Below are positions 46,665 through 55,044 of a stretch of DNA of 64,000 nucleotides, piece after piece; the stretch's first letter is position 1; each line of letters opens with the position of its first letter. The position numbers and the translations under genes are program-made. The notes beneath the pieces were generated by a model. It did no database searches, was not told the DNA's origin, and saw only the letters and a program-made list of their open reading frames with translations. Origin of the DNA: a virus (lineage: Duplodnaviria > Caudoviricetes); the IMG/VR virus record IMGVR_UViG_3300047160_004786, positions 1 to 64,000 of that record; one strand, 5' to 3'.

Positions 46665-46868
46665 TCAGGTCAGATGTTTCGTTCCGGCCTGGGTCCACTC
46701 GGCCGTAACGGGATCAGACACCTCGATCACGCGGGTGTCGGTGACCAGGGTCCAACGCCAGGACAAATCCCTGACGTAGTCCTTGGCCTCCTGCTCGGTT
46801 GCAAAACGCAGAGCGTTGCCGACCCACTTGCCGGAACGATCAGCGATCACCTCGGGCTTCCAACTCAC
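46665..46868 (-). CDS. Small hypothetical protein
   Basis: SWKPEVIAD..WVGNALRFATEQEA. Confidence 0.7.
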   Translation of the reverse strand: MSWKPEVIADRSGKWVGNALRFATEQEAKDYVRDLSWRWTLVTDTRVIEVSDPVTAEWTQAGTKHLT

Positions 46869-47074
46869 GGTTTTCCTCCATATGTCAGGAATGCTTGCCA
46901 GTAGTCCTCGTAGTTGGGACGGTTCCAGTCACCCTTCTCCGCGTCCCAGTCGGCCTCGCCGCAGGCAAGGATGGCGGCATCGCCTTCTGCGATTTCCTCG
47001 TCGGTTGTTCCTGGCGGATGGAGTGACCAGCCGCCGTCGCCGGTATCGGACCGGCACAGAATAAAGAGGCTCAT
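46865..47074 (-). CDS. Small hypothetical protein
   Basis: GGAGGA RBS before MSLFILC. Confidence 0.65.
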   Translation of the reverse strand: MSLFILCRSDTGDGGWSLHPPGTTDEEIAEGDAAILACGEADWDAEKGDWNRPNYEDYWQAFLTYGGKP

Positions 47075-47088
47075 TTGATCCTCCTGGC

Positions 47089-47334
47089 TCATCGACGCTT
47101 GCCCAGGGACGGCAAGCCGCCGCTCACCGTCCAAACGCTCTTATGCTTACGTCGCTTCCAGCTTGTAATTTCAGCCCGCAGGCGTTCCCATTGCTTGCGG
47201 TCAGGGTGTTTCACGTTGGCGTTGGCACCAGCTCGGCCCAACTCAATGAAGCGGGCCTCGACCAGCTGGCGGTATTCCGCCTGGGACAACGGCGGCTCGT
47301 TGAAGAGCCACTGTTTAATGTCGTTTTTGGCCAT
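47089..47334 (-). CDS. Small hypothetical protein
   Basis: GGAGAG RBS, 81 aa. Confidence 0.55.
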   Translation of the reverse strand: MAKNDIKQWLFNEPPLSQAEYRQLVEARFIELGRAGANANVKHPDRKQWERLRAEITSWKRRKHKSVWTVSGGLPSLGKRR

Positions 47335-47344
47335 ATGTCTCTCC

Positions 47345-47730
47345 GATAGGCTCTAGGACCGCCTCAGAGGCTCACTGGTGCGGTCTGGGTGGAAGGGGTA
47401 GGGCAGAGTAGGGGTCGAGGCCCCACCGCATGGGCGGGGCTCCCAGGGTGCTTTCCGAGGGTGGGCAATGTCGGTCTACTGCCGTCTCCCCGGTTGTCAG
47501 CCGGGTGCTCTTGGTTTTTGTCGAGCAGGCCGCTAGAGGCGGCCCTGGCCGAGGCCGCAGTCTGCGGTGGCCACCTGCTCGGACCTCTTCTGAGCTACAC
47601 CCCCGGGAAGCACCCCGGGCTACTTGTGACCGCAGCTATCCTAGCTTCGCTGCGGCCTCGTGAGCCGGCACTAGGGCTCACCCACCCCCAGTCCTTCATC
47701 GCCGTGAGGCTCTAGAGTAGGGGGCGTAAT
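47345..47730. ncRNA. Candidate structured non-coding RNA (about 380 nt), class unknown
   Basis: No convincing ORF on the gene strand. Nested helices 47446-56/47605-15, 47522-29/47574-81 and 47660-66/47675-81. Confidence 0.4.
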
Positions 47731-47778
47731 CCGCATGGTGCGGCTGGGTCCCGCCGCCTTAGACGGGACCGGGTCGCA

Positions 47779-48045
47779 TCACTTAGGGAAACGACCGTCG
47801 CTCGGCTCGAGCCCCTCGTAGTCGAGGGGGTAAGCCCGGTCGTAGAGACTGGACACCTGACTGATGTCCTCATCAGCCAGATGGTAGAAATTACGGATGT
47901 CCTCGAACCAGTGGGACAACCGTCCGTCATAGCACCAGAGGCATCCCCGGTGCTGGTTTGGATGCTCGCCCGCATGCCTAGAGTGTTCGAGGGCAGTGAT
48001 GCGGGCGTCCCGCACGAGGCGGGCACAGAACAGGGGGTCAAGCAT
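47779..48045 (-). CDS. Small hypothetical protein
   Basis: AGAGGAG RBS, stop inside a hairpin motif. Confidence 0.6.
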   Translation of the reverse strand: MLDPLFCARLVRDARITALEHSRHAGEHPNQHRGCLWCYDGRLSHWFEDIRNFYHLADEDISQVSSLYDRAYPLDYEGLEPSDGRFPK

Positions 48046-48091
48046 TATCAGATTCTCCTCTGTTGGTTTATGTGGTGTGCAGGGTGTCGCA

Positions 48092-48337
48092 TCAGTCACC
48101 CAGATACGGGTATCTAGCGGCGTTCTCTCGCCGCCAGTATCTCCTCTCAAGCTCGATGGCCCATTTCTCGGCCGCCTTGAGAGCGTTGAACTGTTTGAGT
48201 TTGATCACCTCGCTGTCTTCACGGCGGAAGGCTGCGTATTTACGCTCACCCTTTGAGGGGTAAGCCGGATTCAGGTCGGCGTAGAACTTGGTTACCAACC
48301 GTGCGTTTTTCAGATCGTCTCTGCTATCGATTTCCAT
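48092..48337 (-). CDS. Small hypothetical protein
   Basis: AGAGGAG RBS after a hairpin motif. Confidence 0.65.
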   Translation of the reverse strand: MEIDSRDDLKNARLVTKFYADLNPAYPSKGERKYAAFRREDSEVIKLKQFNALKAAEKWAIELERRYWRRENAARYPYLGD

Positions 48338-48397
48338 CGTACTCTCTCCTCTGTTGCGGCTGGAGGGGCACGTCGCACTCGTGTCCCTCGGGTCGCA

Positions 48398-48592
48398 TCA
48401 GTCTTTCGGGCACCGCCCGTTCCAGTGGTCGAAGAAATGAGCACGGCAGTCGAAGCACGTGCTGTCGTTGTTCCCGTCGGCAAAGAACCGGTCGTCATGA
48501 AACCGGTCTCGCCCAATCCGCCACTTGGCATTGCGGGGCATCGCTTGCAATTGATCCGCAATGTCCTGGGCGTTCACAATCAGCAATGTCAT
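48398..48592 (-). CDS. Small Cys/His hypothetical protein
   Basis: AGGAGG-like RBS, stop inside a hairpin motif. Confidence 0.6.
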   Translation of the reverse strand: MTLLIVNAQDIADQLQAMPRNAKWRIGRDRFHDDRFFADGNNDSTCFDCRAHFFDHWNGRCPKD

Positions 48593-48601
48593 TCGATCCT
48601 C

Positions 48602-48814
48602 CTAGTTGATCAGCTTGCCCACAACCGCATGCAGGGTGCGGGCGTCATGGCCCCACTGGGCGGCAGCAACCCTGTCCTGCCAGTTGCTCAGCAAGTGCTC
48701 CTGCTTCTCGAAAGAGATGTTCGAGAGGGCCTCAACTACGGCTGACAGGCAGCTATGGTCGATCATCGCCTCAAGGGCCAGTTCCTGTTCTTTGGTCAGT
48801 GTCGTCACGTTCAT
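48602..48814 (-). CDS. Small hypothetical protein
   Basis: AGAGGAG RBS after a hairpin motif. Confidence 0.65.
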   Translation of the reverse strand: MNVTTLTKEQELALEAMIDHSCLSAVVEALSNISFEKQEHLLSNWQDRVAAAQWGHDARTLHAVVGKLIN

Positions 48815-48876
48815 CACTCCTCTGTTTGATGATCCGGCTGGAGCCCCTCGACCGGGGCTCGGGTCGTGCCACCTCC

Positions 48877-49077
48877 TCAGTAGTTGCAGCCCCAGTCGCA
48901 GCCGACACGGTCAGCCAGATGGGCGGCATAGACCTCGGCCTCTCGACCGTTATCGAACTCAACCTCGAACAGTTGGTAGTGGTCCTCGCCGGCCTGCTCC
49001 CAGCACGACCAGACCTGATAGAGGTCGTTGGCTTCCTTGGAGACCTTCACGTATTCCACCTTCTTAAAAACTACCAT
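48877..49077 (-). CDS. Small hypothetical protein
   Basis: AAGGAG RBS after a hairpin motif. Confidence 0.65.
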   Translation of the reverse strand: MVVFKKVEYVKVSKEANDLYQVWSCWEQAGEDHYQLFEVEFDNGREAEVYAAHLADRVGCDWGCNY

Positions 49078-49142
49078 CGTCGTCGCTCCTTGCTTGGTGA
49101 TCCGGCTGGGCCTCGCCATCCAAACGAGGCCGGGTCGGAGCA

Positions 49143-49634
49143 TCAGGACTTGGACTTGGTTTTAGCTACGGCCGGAACGAGGCCGAGGTAAATGAGACCG
49201 TAAGAGGTCTCGGCCGCCCTGGCCGCCTTCGCGGCATTAACAAGAGACTGCGACCAGCCGTGGACGAAGGGCTCGTAGCCGCCCTTAGCCAACAAGGCTT
49301 CGAAGCGGTTGATCTTCTGCTGACGTTCACGAGCCGCAAACCCCTCCCACCCGCCTTCGATGTGCTTTTTAGCTTCCTCGATCTGCCCTGCGTCGTAAGA
49401 CGTATCGAAATTCCAGCCTTTCGGCCGTAACGAAACGCCGGGAGTAGCAGTCGCTATCTGGACATAGTAGTCGAAGCTACCCTTATTGGCAGGAACGAAC
49501 TCATAAGCATACTTGCGATCAGCCTCCTGGTCCCGCTGGACGATGATCGCATATTTGTAGGGTCGCGGGGACTTTCTGGTCCCGACGATCTTGCCTTCCC
49601 ACGTTGCGGTGTAGGTGATTGGCTTGTTTGCCAT
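49143..49634 (-). CDS. Hypothetical protein
   Basis: AAGGAG RBS, flanked by hairpin motifs. Confidence 0.7.
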   Translation of the reverse strand: MANKPITYTATWEGKIVGTRKSPRPYKYAIIVQRDQEADRKYAYEFVPANKGSFDYYVQIATATPGVSLRPKGWNFDTSYDAGQIEEAKKHIEGGWEGFAARERQQKINRFEALLAKGGYEPFVHGWSQSLVNAAKAARAAETSYGLIYLGLVPAVAKTKSKS

Positions 49635-49698
49635 TGTCGTCGCTCCTTCTGGGTGATTAGGCTGGGTGCCACCCTCCAGATGGCACCGGGTCTAACCG

Positions 49699-49998
49699 TC
49701 AGACCTTGACGCCCAACAAGCGGGCCAAACGCCGCCGGCTAGCCGGGGTGACGTTCTCGGGGATGTGGAGCGAACGCTGCTCCGTCTCTCCTGTGAAGGG
49801 GTTGGCGTCGAAGGCGTAGTTGGTGAACCAACGAGGCGACCTCACCGGCCATTCGTTGGCTTCGTCAACCCGGCCGCCGACATCCTCGATGGCGTCCCGC
49901 AAGCTGACGTGCTCAGAGACGAAGCCCCGGTCGTCAGTCTCGCCGGCCTCGATAGCCTCGACCGACCAAATTTCGTAAGTGACGCTGAAGAATGCCAT
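49699..49998 (-). CDS. Small hypothetical protein
   Basis: AGAGGAG RBS, flanked by hairpin motifs. Confidence 0.7.
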   Translation of the reverse strand: MAFFSVTYEIWSVEAIEAGETDDRGFVSEHVSLRDAIEDVGGRVDEANEWPVRSPRWFTNYAFDANPFTGETEQRSLHIPENVTPASRRRLARLLGVKV

Positions 49999-50056
49999 GT
50001 TAGTCTCTCCTCTGTGATGTGATTGAGGTGCCCCGCTCTGTGGGCACCCTGTCGCA

Positions 50057-50287
50057 TCACTCGGCCGTCGTAGCATTGACCTCCAGAAGGAACACGTCGT
50101 GGGCGTCCTTCAGGATCGTCGGGATTGAAGCGGCACCGTAGCCCTTCTGTTTGAGGAGCTTCACGGCATGCTTGTAAGCGGCGATGCGGGTCCGGTTGAA
50201 CCGGTCGCCTTTGGTGCGGGGCGTGATCTTGCCGTGGGCCGCCAGGAGGCGGTCGATGTATTCCTGTTGGATTTCGGTAAGGGTCAT
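50057..50287 (-). CDS. Small hypothetical protein
   Basis: AGAGGAG RBS, flanked by hairpin motifs. Confidence 0.7.
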   Translation of the reverse strand: MTLTEIQQEYIDRLLAAHGKITPRTKGDRFNRTRIAAYKHAVKLLKQKGYGAASIPTILKDAHDVFLLEVNATTAE

Positions 50288-50358
50288 CGTAGGCTCCTCT
50301 GTGATCTGGCTGGGTCCCGCCATCCAGACGGGACCGGGTCAAATCCTCAGACCTTTGG

Positions 50359-50598
50359 TCAAACGAGTTCGTAAGTGCGGACACACCAGATGTCTCGACC
50401 TCCATTTCGGAGACAGTCTTGCCCGCTGAATGTCTCGACCCAGCGAAGCTTGCCGGCTTCGACCAGGGCAAGGGCTGCTTCGAGATCACGCTTGCCGTAA
50501 CCACGATCACGGCGAGTAGTGATATGTCCGGTGAAGACGCACACTCGGTTGGTGACGGTGCTGACTTGTTCCAGCAACTTGATTTGGGTCTTGGTCAT
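50359..50598 (-). CDS. Small hypothetical protein
   Basis: AGAGGA RBS, stop just inside a hairpin motif. Confidence 0.65.
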   Translation of the reverse strand: MTKTQIKLLEQVSTVTNRVCVFTGHITTRRDRGYGKRDLEAALALVEAGKLRWVETFSGQDCLRNGGRDIWCVRTYELV

Positions 50599-50657
50599 TG
50601 GTTGTTCCTCTGTGATCCGGCTGGGCCTCACCACTCGGATGAGGCCGGGTCGAACCA

Positions 50658-50999
50658 TCAGTGGTTGATAACCGGAGCGGAGTTGATCCGCTTCAACACG
50701 TCGGCCGCACCGTGGCGGCGGATGGTCTCGGCAATCAGCCCCTTGGCACCCTCGTGAGCCGTGGCTCGGCGTTTGAAAGGGCTCAGTCCCTGATTGGTCA
50801 GAAACAAGGTCTTGCCTCGGTTCAGGTCGCCAAACACGAGGCCGGAAGCAAAGTGCGTCAACGACACCGGCTTGCCGTCCCTGCCATGCTGAAGGATGAA
50901 CTTGACCCGCTGGCCGGCGACATCGAAGAAGGCAATCGAGCCGCTGCGAACGTCCGGCAAGCTGTCACGGCGAGCGATATTGAAGGTGATGGTAGGCAT
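50658..50999 (-). CDS. Hypothetical protein
   Basis: AGAGGAG RBS, TGA stop within the hairpin 5' arm. Confidence 0.7.
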   Translation of the reverse strand: MPTITFNIARRDSLPDVRSGSIAFFDVAGQRVKFILQHGRDGKPVSLTHFASGLVFGDLNRGKTLFLTNQGLSPFKRRATAHEGAKGLIAETIRRHGAADVLKRINSAPVINH

Positions 51000-51056
51000 T
51001 GTCGTTCTCCTCTGTGTTTCGGCTGAGGTCCACCGAGATGGACCTGGGTCGAAGCA

Positions 51057-51311
51057 TCAGGCATCGATAGCCAGAGCAATCTGCTCAAGCTCATCCCGAA
51101 TGGTGTAGAGAGCTTGCAGCCGTTTCTCGTGCTGGCTGCGAGCCAAGGGGAAGGCTTCGTTTCCCTGCACGTAGTAGTCACGAGCGTTAGGCGAGCATTT
51201 CTGCACCGCATCGGTAGCGTCGGTCAGGGCTTCAAGAGCCTTGATGAGGTCTTGAAGCAAGCTCTCACGAGACGTGCCGTTCAGGTGGATGGTCGGGATA
51301 GCCAAGGTCAT
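51057..51311 (-). CDS. Small hypothetical protein
   Basis: GGAGGAG RBS, PTIHLNGTS motif. Confidence 0.7.
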   Translation of the reverse strand: MTLAIPTIHLNGTSRESLLQDLIKALEALTDATDAVQKCSPNARDYYVQGNEAFPLARSQHEKRLQALYTIRDELEQIALAIDA

Positions 51312-51899
51312 TTCGGTTCTCCTCCGTGTGCTGATCGAGGACGCCCGTTCGAGCTAGCCTGATGGACAGCCCCTTGCCGGCTAGGTCAGTGTGGCTCCGT
51401 ATCAGTGCCCGGTAGCGTCCTCGATCAGCACAAATGAGAAAGGCCGGGGAACCGCCCCGGCCACCTTCAGATCAGATGCCCTACTGCAACAGCGGTCGTA
51501 ACGGGGTCTGATGTCCCCTGCCGCACTACGTCGTCGCTTATTCCCGCCGTCGGGATACGCCCGATATTCGCTCCTGATTTCCACGGTCCTCTTGGGCCAC
51601 AGTCTTACGCCGTAGGGCAAAATTCATTCTCAACTCAGTCAGGACTTTCATCCCTCACTGGCCCCATGAGCCCCTTCCGGGAACCAAGGTTTAGACCGGT
51701 GTGACGCGGCCTTGGCTGGACCTCAGACGAGGACCCCGTCGTGTACACCCGGGCGGTTTTCCGCTTCACGGGGACCCATATAGGGGGCTCGCCACGTGGG
51801 ACCCTAGTCCCTTCTGCTACCGCAGGTTCAGATGCTGGGCTGGAAAAAGTCCTGTTCGTCCGTCGTTGAATAACTTGTAGGCGATATTCGGGGGGCCGT

Positions 51900-51975
51900 C
51901 AAACCCTATTTCGGTATTTTCCGGTATTTTTCCGCATTTGACTACACAGAAGCGTGAGTGGTAGGCTGGGGGTCC
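51900..51975 (+). promoter_or_regulatory. Putative sigma70-like promoter for the plus-strand block, preceded by TATTT(T)CCG/CGG direct repeats
   Basis: TTGACT-18nt-TAGGCT upstream of the RHH gene, in a divergent intergenic region. Confidence 0.4.
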
Positions 51976-51982
51976 GAAAGGA

Positions 51983-52228
51983 GTGTCAATGGACCAGCAA
52001 ATCGCGATGAAACGGCCACAAGTGGTGCCTGTGAAGCGGCCTCGGGGGCGTCCGCCGGGGGATTCGACCCAGGTCAACGTCTCGATCCCCCGGGCTCAGC
52101 TCGACGACCTCGATGCCTGGATCAGGAAGCAGGAGCGGCCTATCGGGCATCCAGAGGCGATACGAAGGCTGATCGCCCAGACGTGCGGAGGACTGAGCAA
52201 GCGAAGGAGAAGGCGGCGTGAGCTTTAA
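51983..52228 (+). CDS. Ribbon-helix-helix (CopG-like) regulator with an AT-hook-like motif
   Basis: RPRGRPP followed by TQVNVSIPRAQLDDLDAW...EAIRRLI. Confidence 0.75.
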   Translation: MSMDQQIAMKRPQVVPVKRPRGRPPGDSTQVNVSIPRAQLDDLDAWIRKQERPIGHPEAIRRLIAQTCGGLSKRRRRRREL

Positions 52229-52508
52229 GCCGGGAGACAAGGTGGTGTGTGTGGATGCCTCCCCGACGACGTGCCTGGGCCAACGGGAGCTTGTCGAGGG
52301 CACCGTCTACACGGTTGAAGCGACCGGCTGTCGGTTTCTGTGCAGTGTCGAGTATCCCAGAGCGGCCCCACTCCCCAGGCCCCTGCCGTGTGTAATCCTG
52401 CGGGAAGTTGGCGGAGTGTGCTGCGAGTATTTTCCGGCCAGGAGGTTCAAGCCGGCGACCGACATTTCGATGTTCCATAAAATGCTGAGTGAGAGGGAGA
52501 GGGTGTGA
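52218..52508 (+). CDS. Small hypothetical protein
   Basis: FKPGDKVVCVD N-terminus, overlapping genes. Confidence 0.6.
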   Translation: MSFKPGDKVVCVDASPTTCLGQRELVEGTVYTVEATGCRFLCSVEYPRAAPLPRPLPCVILREVGGVCCEYFPARRFKPATDISMFHKMLSERERV

Positions 52509-52927
52509 TGCTTCAGAGGACTGATATGTTCATGCCGGCCAAGGTGCTCGGCGTGACGAAAAAGCAGCGGACCGCCCTGGTCGCCGTCCTGGGGATATTG
52601 GAGCGGGGCGAGATCGAGCACAGCGGCCCAGTCAAATTTAATTCCTGGAACCTCCCCGTGATTGATAAGGGTCCAGGAAAGTATTTCAATATGCAGTTTT
52701 GGAAAGAGATGGGGATCTGGAAGAAGAATTATCGCGAGTGTAACACGATCTTCTGCATTGGCGGGCTGGCAGAGGATATTGCCGGGGTCAAGTTCAATAA
52801 GAGGCTTCACGATCTATTCTACCCCGACTTTTATCTTCAGACCATCACCGTCAAGCAGGCCGCCCAGGCTCTTCGTAATTACCTCACGCATGGAAATGCG
52901 GGGTGGGCTGGGATCTTGGGGTTCTGA
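52508..52927 (+). CDS. Hypothetical protein
   Basis: Coupled ORF. C.T..CIGG and LF.P...AA.AL..YL..G.A.W pattern. Confidence 0.6.
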   Translation: MLQRTDMFMPAKVLGVTKKQRTALVAVLGILERGEIEHSGPVKFNSWNLPVIDKGPGKYFNMQFWKEMGIWKKNYRECNTIFCIGGLAEDIAGVKFNKRLHDLFYPDFYLQTITVKQAAQALRNYLTHGNAGWAGILGF

Positions 52928-53200
52928 TGAAACCCTCGACCTACGTCGCTTGCGGAGCTTGCGGAAAGCAAAGAGGCGTAGCCGCAGCGGAGTGTCCCAG
53001 GTATGATTGTCCCTGGCTTTCGAATCAGAGGTATCGAGAGTTCTCGGCTTGTAAGCTCGGTGAAATGGCTGACAGGTTGTTCCTCAAGTACGTGAGAGGC
53101 GTGGACGAGGCATACGCAAGGGCACATGAGTTCATCCCATGAGTTGTGGGATAATTTCTGTGCAACTTGAAAATCAATGCTGATAGCGAGGGGTATCAAC

Positions 53201-53686
53201 ATGCCATTTAAAAAGGGTTTCTCAGGCAACCCAGCGGGTCGTCCCAAGAAATGGATTGGGGAAGCTCGATTGAGAATACTGGCTCAGGGAGAGGCTGAGG
53301 AATCACTGGCTGCCTTGGTCAGAATCAGAGACGATCCCAAGTCTCCCCCCGCAGCAGTAATCGCTGCATCACAAGCCCTTCTGGATAGAGGGTTTGGGAA
53401 GGTGCCTGTCGTGGCAAGAGACGCTAACCCTATGGACCCAGCCGTGCCGACGGGTGTGATCGAAGCCCCAAGACAGTGCGAGACCGGGGAGGAATGGCAG
53501 GGGTATGCGGATAGGTGGGTGAGGGAGCAGGGGAGGGTTGAGGGGGGTGAAAAGGCGGCCGAGCCACCGGCCTTGCCGGCCTCGCCCAAGGCCGCCCAGG
53601 TTGTATCGGTCGGCTGGTCTCCGCAGGAGCGGATGGAGGCTGCGGAGCGGCTCTTGAGGGGCGGGGACGGGTCGAAGCGGCATTGA
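53201..53686 (+). CDS. Terminase small subunit-like (DUF5681-type N-terminus)
   Basis: MPFKKGFSGNPAGRPK...ASQALLDRGFGK. Confidence 0.6.
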   Translation: MPFKKGFSGNPAGRPKKWIGEARLRILAQGEAEESLAALVRIRDDPKSPPAAVIAASQALLDRGFGKVPVVARDANPMDPAVPTGVIEAPRQCETGEEWQGYADRWVREQGRVEGGEKAAEPPALPASPKAAQVVSVGWSPQERMEAAERLLRGGDGSKRH

Positions 53687-53889
53687 GGCCGTTTTCTCGT
53701 AGCCGAAAATCCTGATGAGCCAGTACCTTGAAGAGGGCTCTGCTTGACGGCCTCAGAAACCGCGTAGGATCGTCGCTGGTGCGTAAAAAGAGGGTGACCC
53801 TGGCCCCCCAGTACCTGAAAACGGCTCGACGCATCCACGGGGCTCCTAGAGCGTTCTAGATGGGTGTCGTATCTAATGGGGAATAACGG

Positions 53890-54201
53890 ATGCAGGCGGA
53901 CCCTATCTACCGACGGTTCAGGCAGCAGAGGACGCAAGCGAAAGTACGAGGGATCGAGTGGGAGCTACCATACTGGGAATGGCTGCAAATCTGGCAGGAC
54001 AGCGGACACCTCGATGAGCGAGGGAGGCGGAAAGGTCAGTGGGTGATGGCTCGCAACGGTGATATTGGTCCCTACGCGGCTTGGAATGTGAAGATTGTCT
54101 ACAGTGATACTAACAACGAGCAGAACGCCAGGGGGCGTCATTATCGAGATGCAGCGAAGGCAACCGAGGAGGCGAGCGATGGCCAGCAAGCACGATCATG
54201 A
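53890..54201 (+). CDS. Putative His-Me-finger/HNH-like endonuclease
   Basis: AKVRGIEWEL..W..IW..SG..RG..WVMARNGDIGPYAAWNV pattern. Confidence 0.5.
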   Translation: MQADPIYRRFRQQRTQAKVRGIEWELPYWEWLQIWQDSGHLDERGRRKGQWVMARNGDIGPYAAWNVKIVYSDTNNEQNARGRHYRDAAKATEEASDGQQARS

Positions 54202-54436
54202 GCAGAAGCAGGAGATCAACCCGGGCAACCCGCCGGCACCGGAAACGAGCCTGCAAGAGCTTGCCATTGCGGCCAATGCTGCGGCTCTCATGCTCTCCAG
54301 GCTGGGCGGCATCCACGCGGATCAGGACCAGATCAGGACTGCTGTAACGACGGCTGCGAACCTCATCCGCGAGTGCAAGCGGCAGCTTGATGAGAGGCCG
54401 CCGGCTGTCGACGACAAACCGGTCACGGCGGCGTGA
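54179..54436 (+). CDS. Small hypothetical protein
   Basis: GAGGAGG RBS before MASKHDH. Confidence 0.55.
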   Translation: MASKHDHEQKQEINPGNPPAPETSLQELAIAANAAALMLSRLGGIHADQDQIRTAVTTAANLIRECKRQLDERPPAVDDKPVTAA

Positions 54437-54627
54437 CGGCGACAAAAACGCAACATGCGGACGAATAGCTCAGCAATATCAATGTTCCGCATCATTCTTC
54501 ATATTTGAGGCTAGGCGAAAATGCCTTGCTGAGGATTAGCGGGGCATTAGTTGACGATGCAGGCGACGGCATACTTATGCCTGCGAGACAGAGACATCTC
54601 GAGCCTGTTGACAGTAAGGGGTAGTTA

Positions 54628-55044
54628 ATGGCGATCCAGCGAGACATCTGCCCCCAGTGCGGCAAGAACGTCGGCATGGTCCGAATACACAAGTGCGTGC
54701 CGGTCGAGCCGGTGACAGAGTCATGGCTGATGCCCGCAACGAAGGCCGTTGCAGCGGGGCTTAGCGTTACGCCGGCCGTAACGAAACGGAGGGCCGCCGT
54801 TACGAAGGCCGTAACGCCTGTTACGAAGGCCGTAACGCCTGTTACGAAGGCTGTAACGCGAGCCAAGTCCGTTACGCCGGCCGTAACGCAGTGTGCCGAG
54901 TGTGAACGGCTTAAGGCTGAGATCGGCACGCTTAAGGCCCAGCTTGTCGAAGCCCTCAAGGGGATGCCCAAGCCGATGACGGCAGCGGAGCGGATGCGGC
55001 GGATGCGGGCCGCCAGAGCAAAGGAGAGCGACGATGCAAGCTGA
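54628..55044 (+). CDS. Zn-ribbon plus VT(K/P)AVT-repeat plus coiled-coil protein
   Basis: CPQC..HKC, tandem VTKAVTP, MTAAERMRRMR. Confidence 0.65.
   Translation: MAIQRDICPQCGKNVGMVRIHKCVPVEPVTESWLMPATKAVAAGLSVTPAVTKRRAAVTKAVTPVTKAVTPVTKAVTRAKSVTPAVTQCAECERLKAEIGTLKAQLVEALKGMPKPMTAAERMRRMRAARAKESDDAS
54736..54887. repeat. Six 17-bp palindromes GTTACG-N5-CGTAAC (one compensated variant GCAACG-N5-CGTTGC)
   Basis: Copies at 54736, 54766, 54799, 54820, 54841 and 54871. Confidence 0.85.

Larger units (their letters stand above)
46124..51059 (-). repeat. Dispersed intergenic hairpin motif, about 11 clear copies (46124, 46592, 47735, 48352, 48828, 49097, 49653, 50014, 50301, 50612, 51014) plus degenerate copies near 45123, 48075 and 51325
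   Basis: + strand consensus (G)TGAT.CGGCTGG-[variable stem-loop]-CGGGTCG..(A)TCA. Inner stems differ in sequence but always pair. Each copy lies between a stop codon and an RBS. Confidence 0.85.

Noticed and set aside
47577-47604. tRNA-like 5' half on the - strand (GGGGGTGTAGCTCAG...GAGC)
   Set aside because: A D-arm-like segment is present, but there is no TTCGA T-loop, no matching acceptor 3' strand and no CCA.
45123-51400. Integron attC cassette array
   Set aside because: The hairpins lack RYYYAAC/GTTRRRY ends and no tyrosine recombinase is in the window. Retained as an unknown motif instead.
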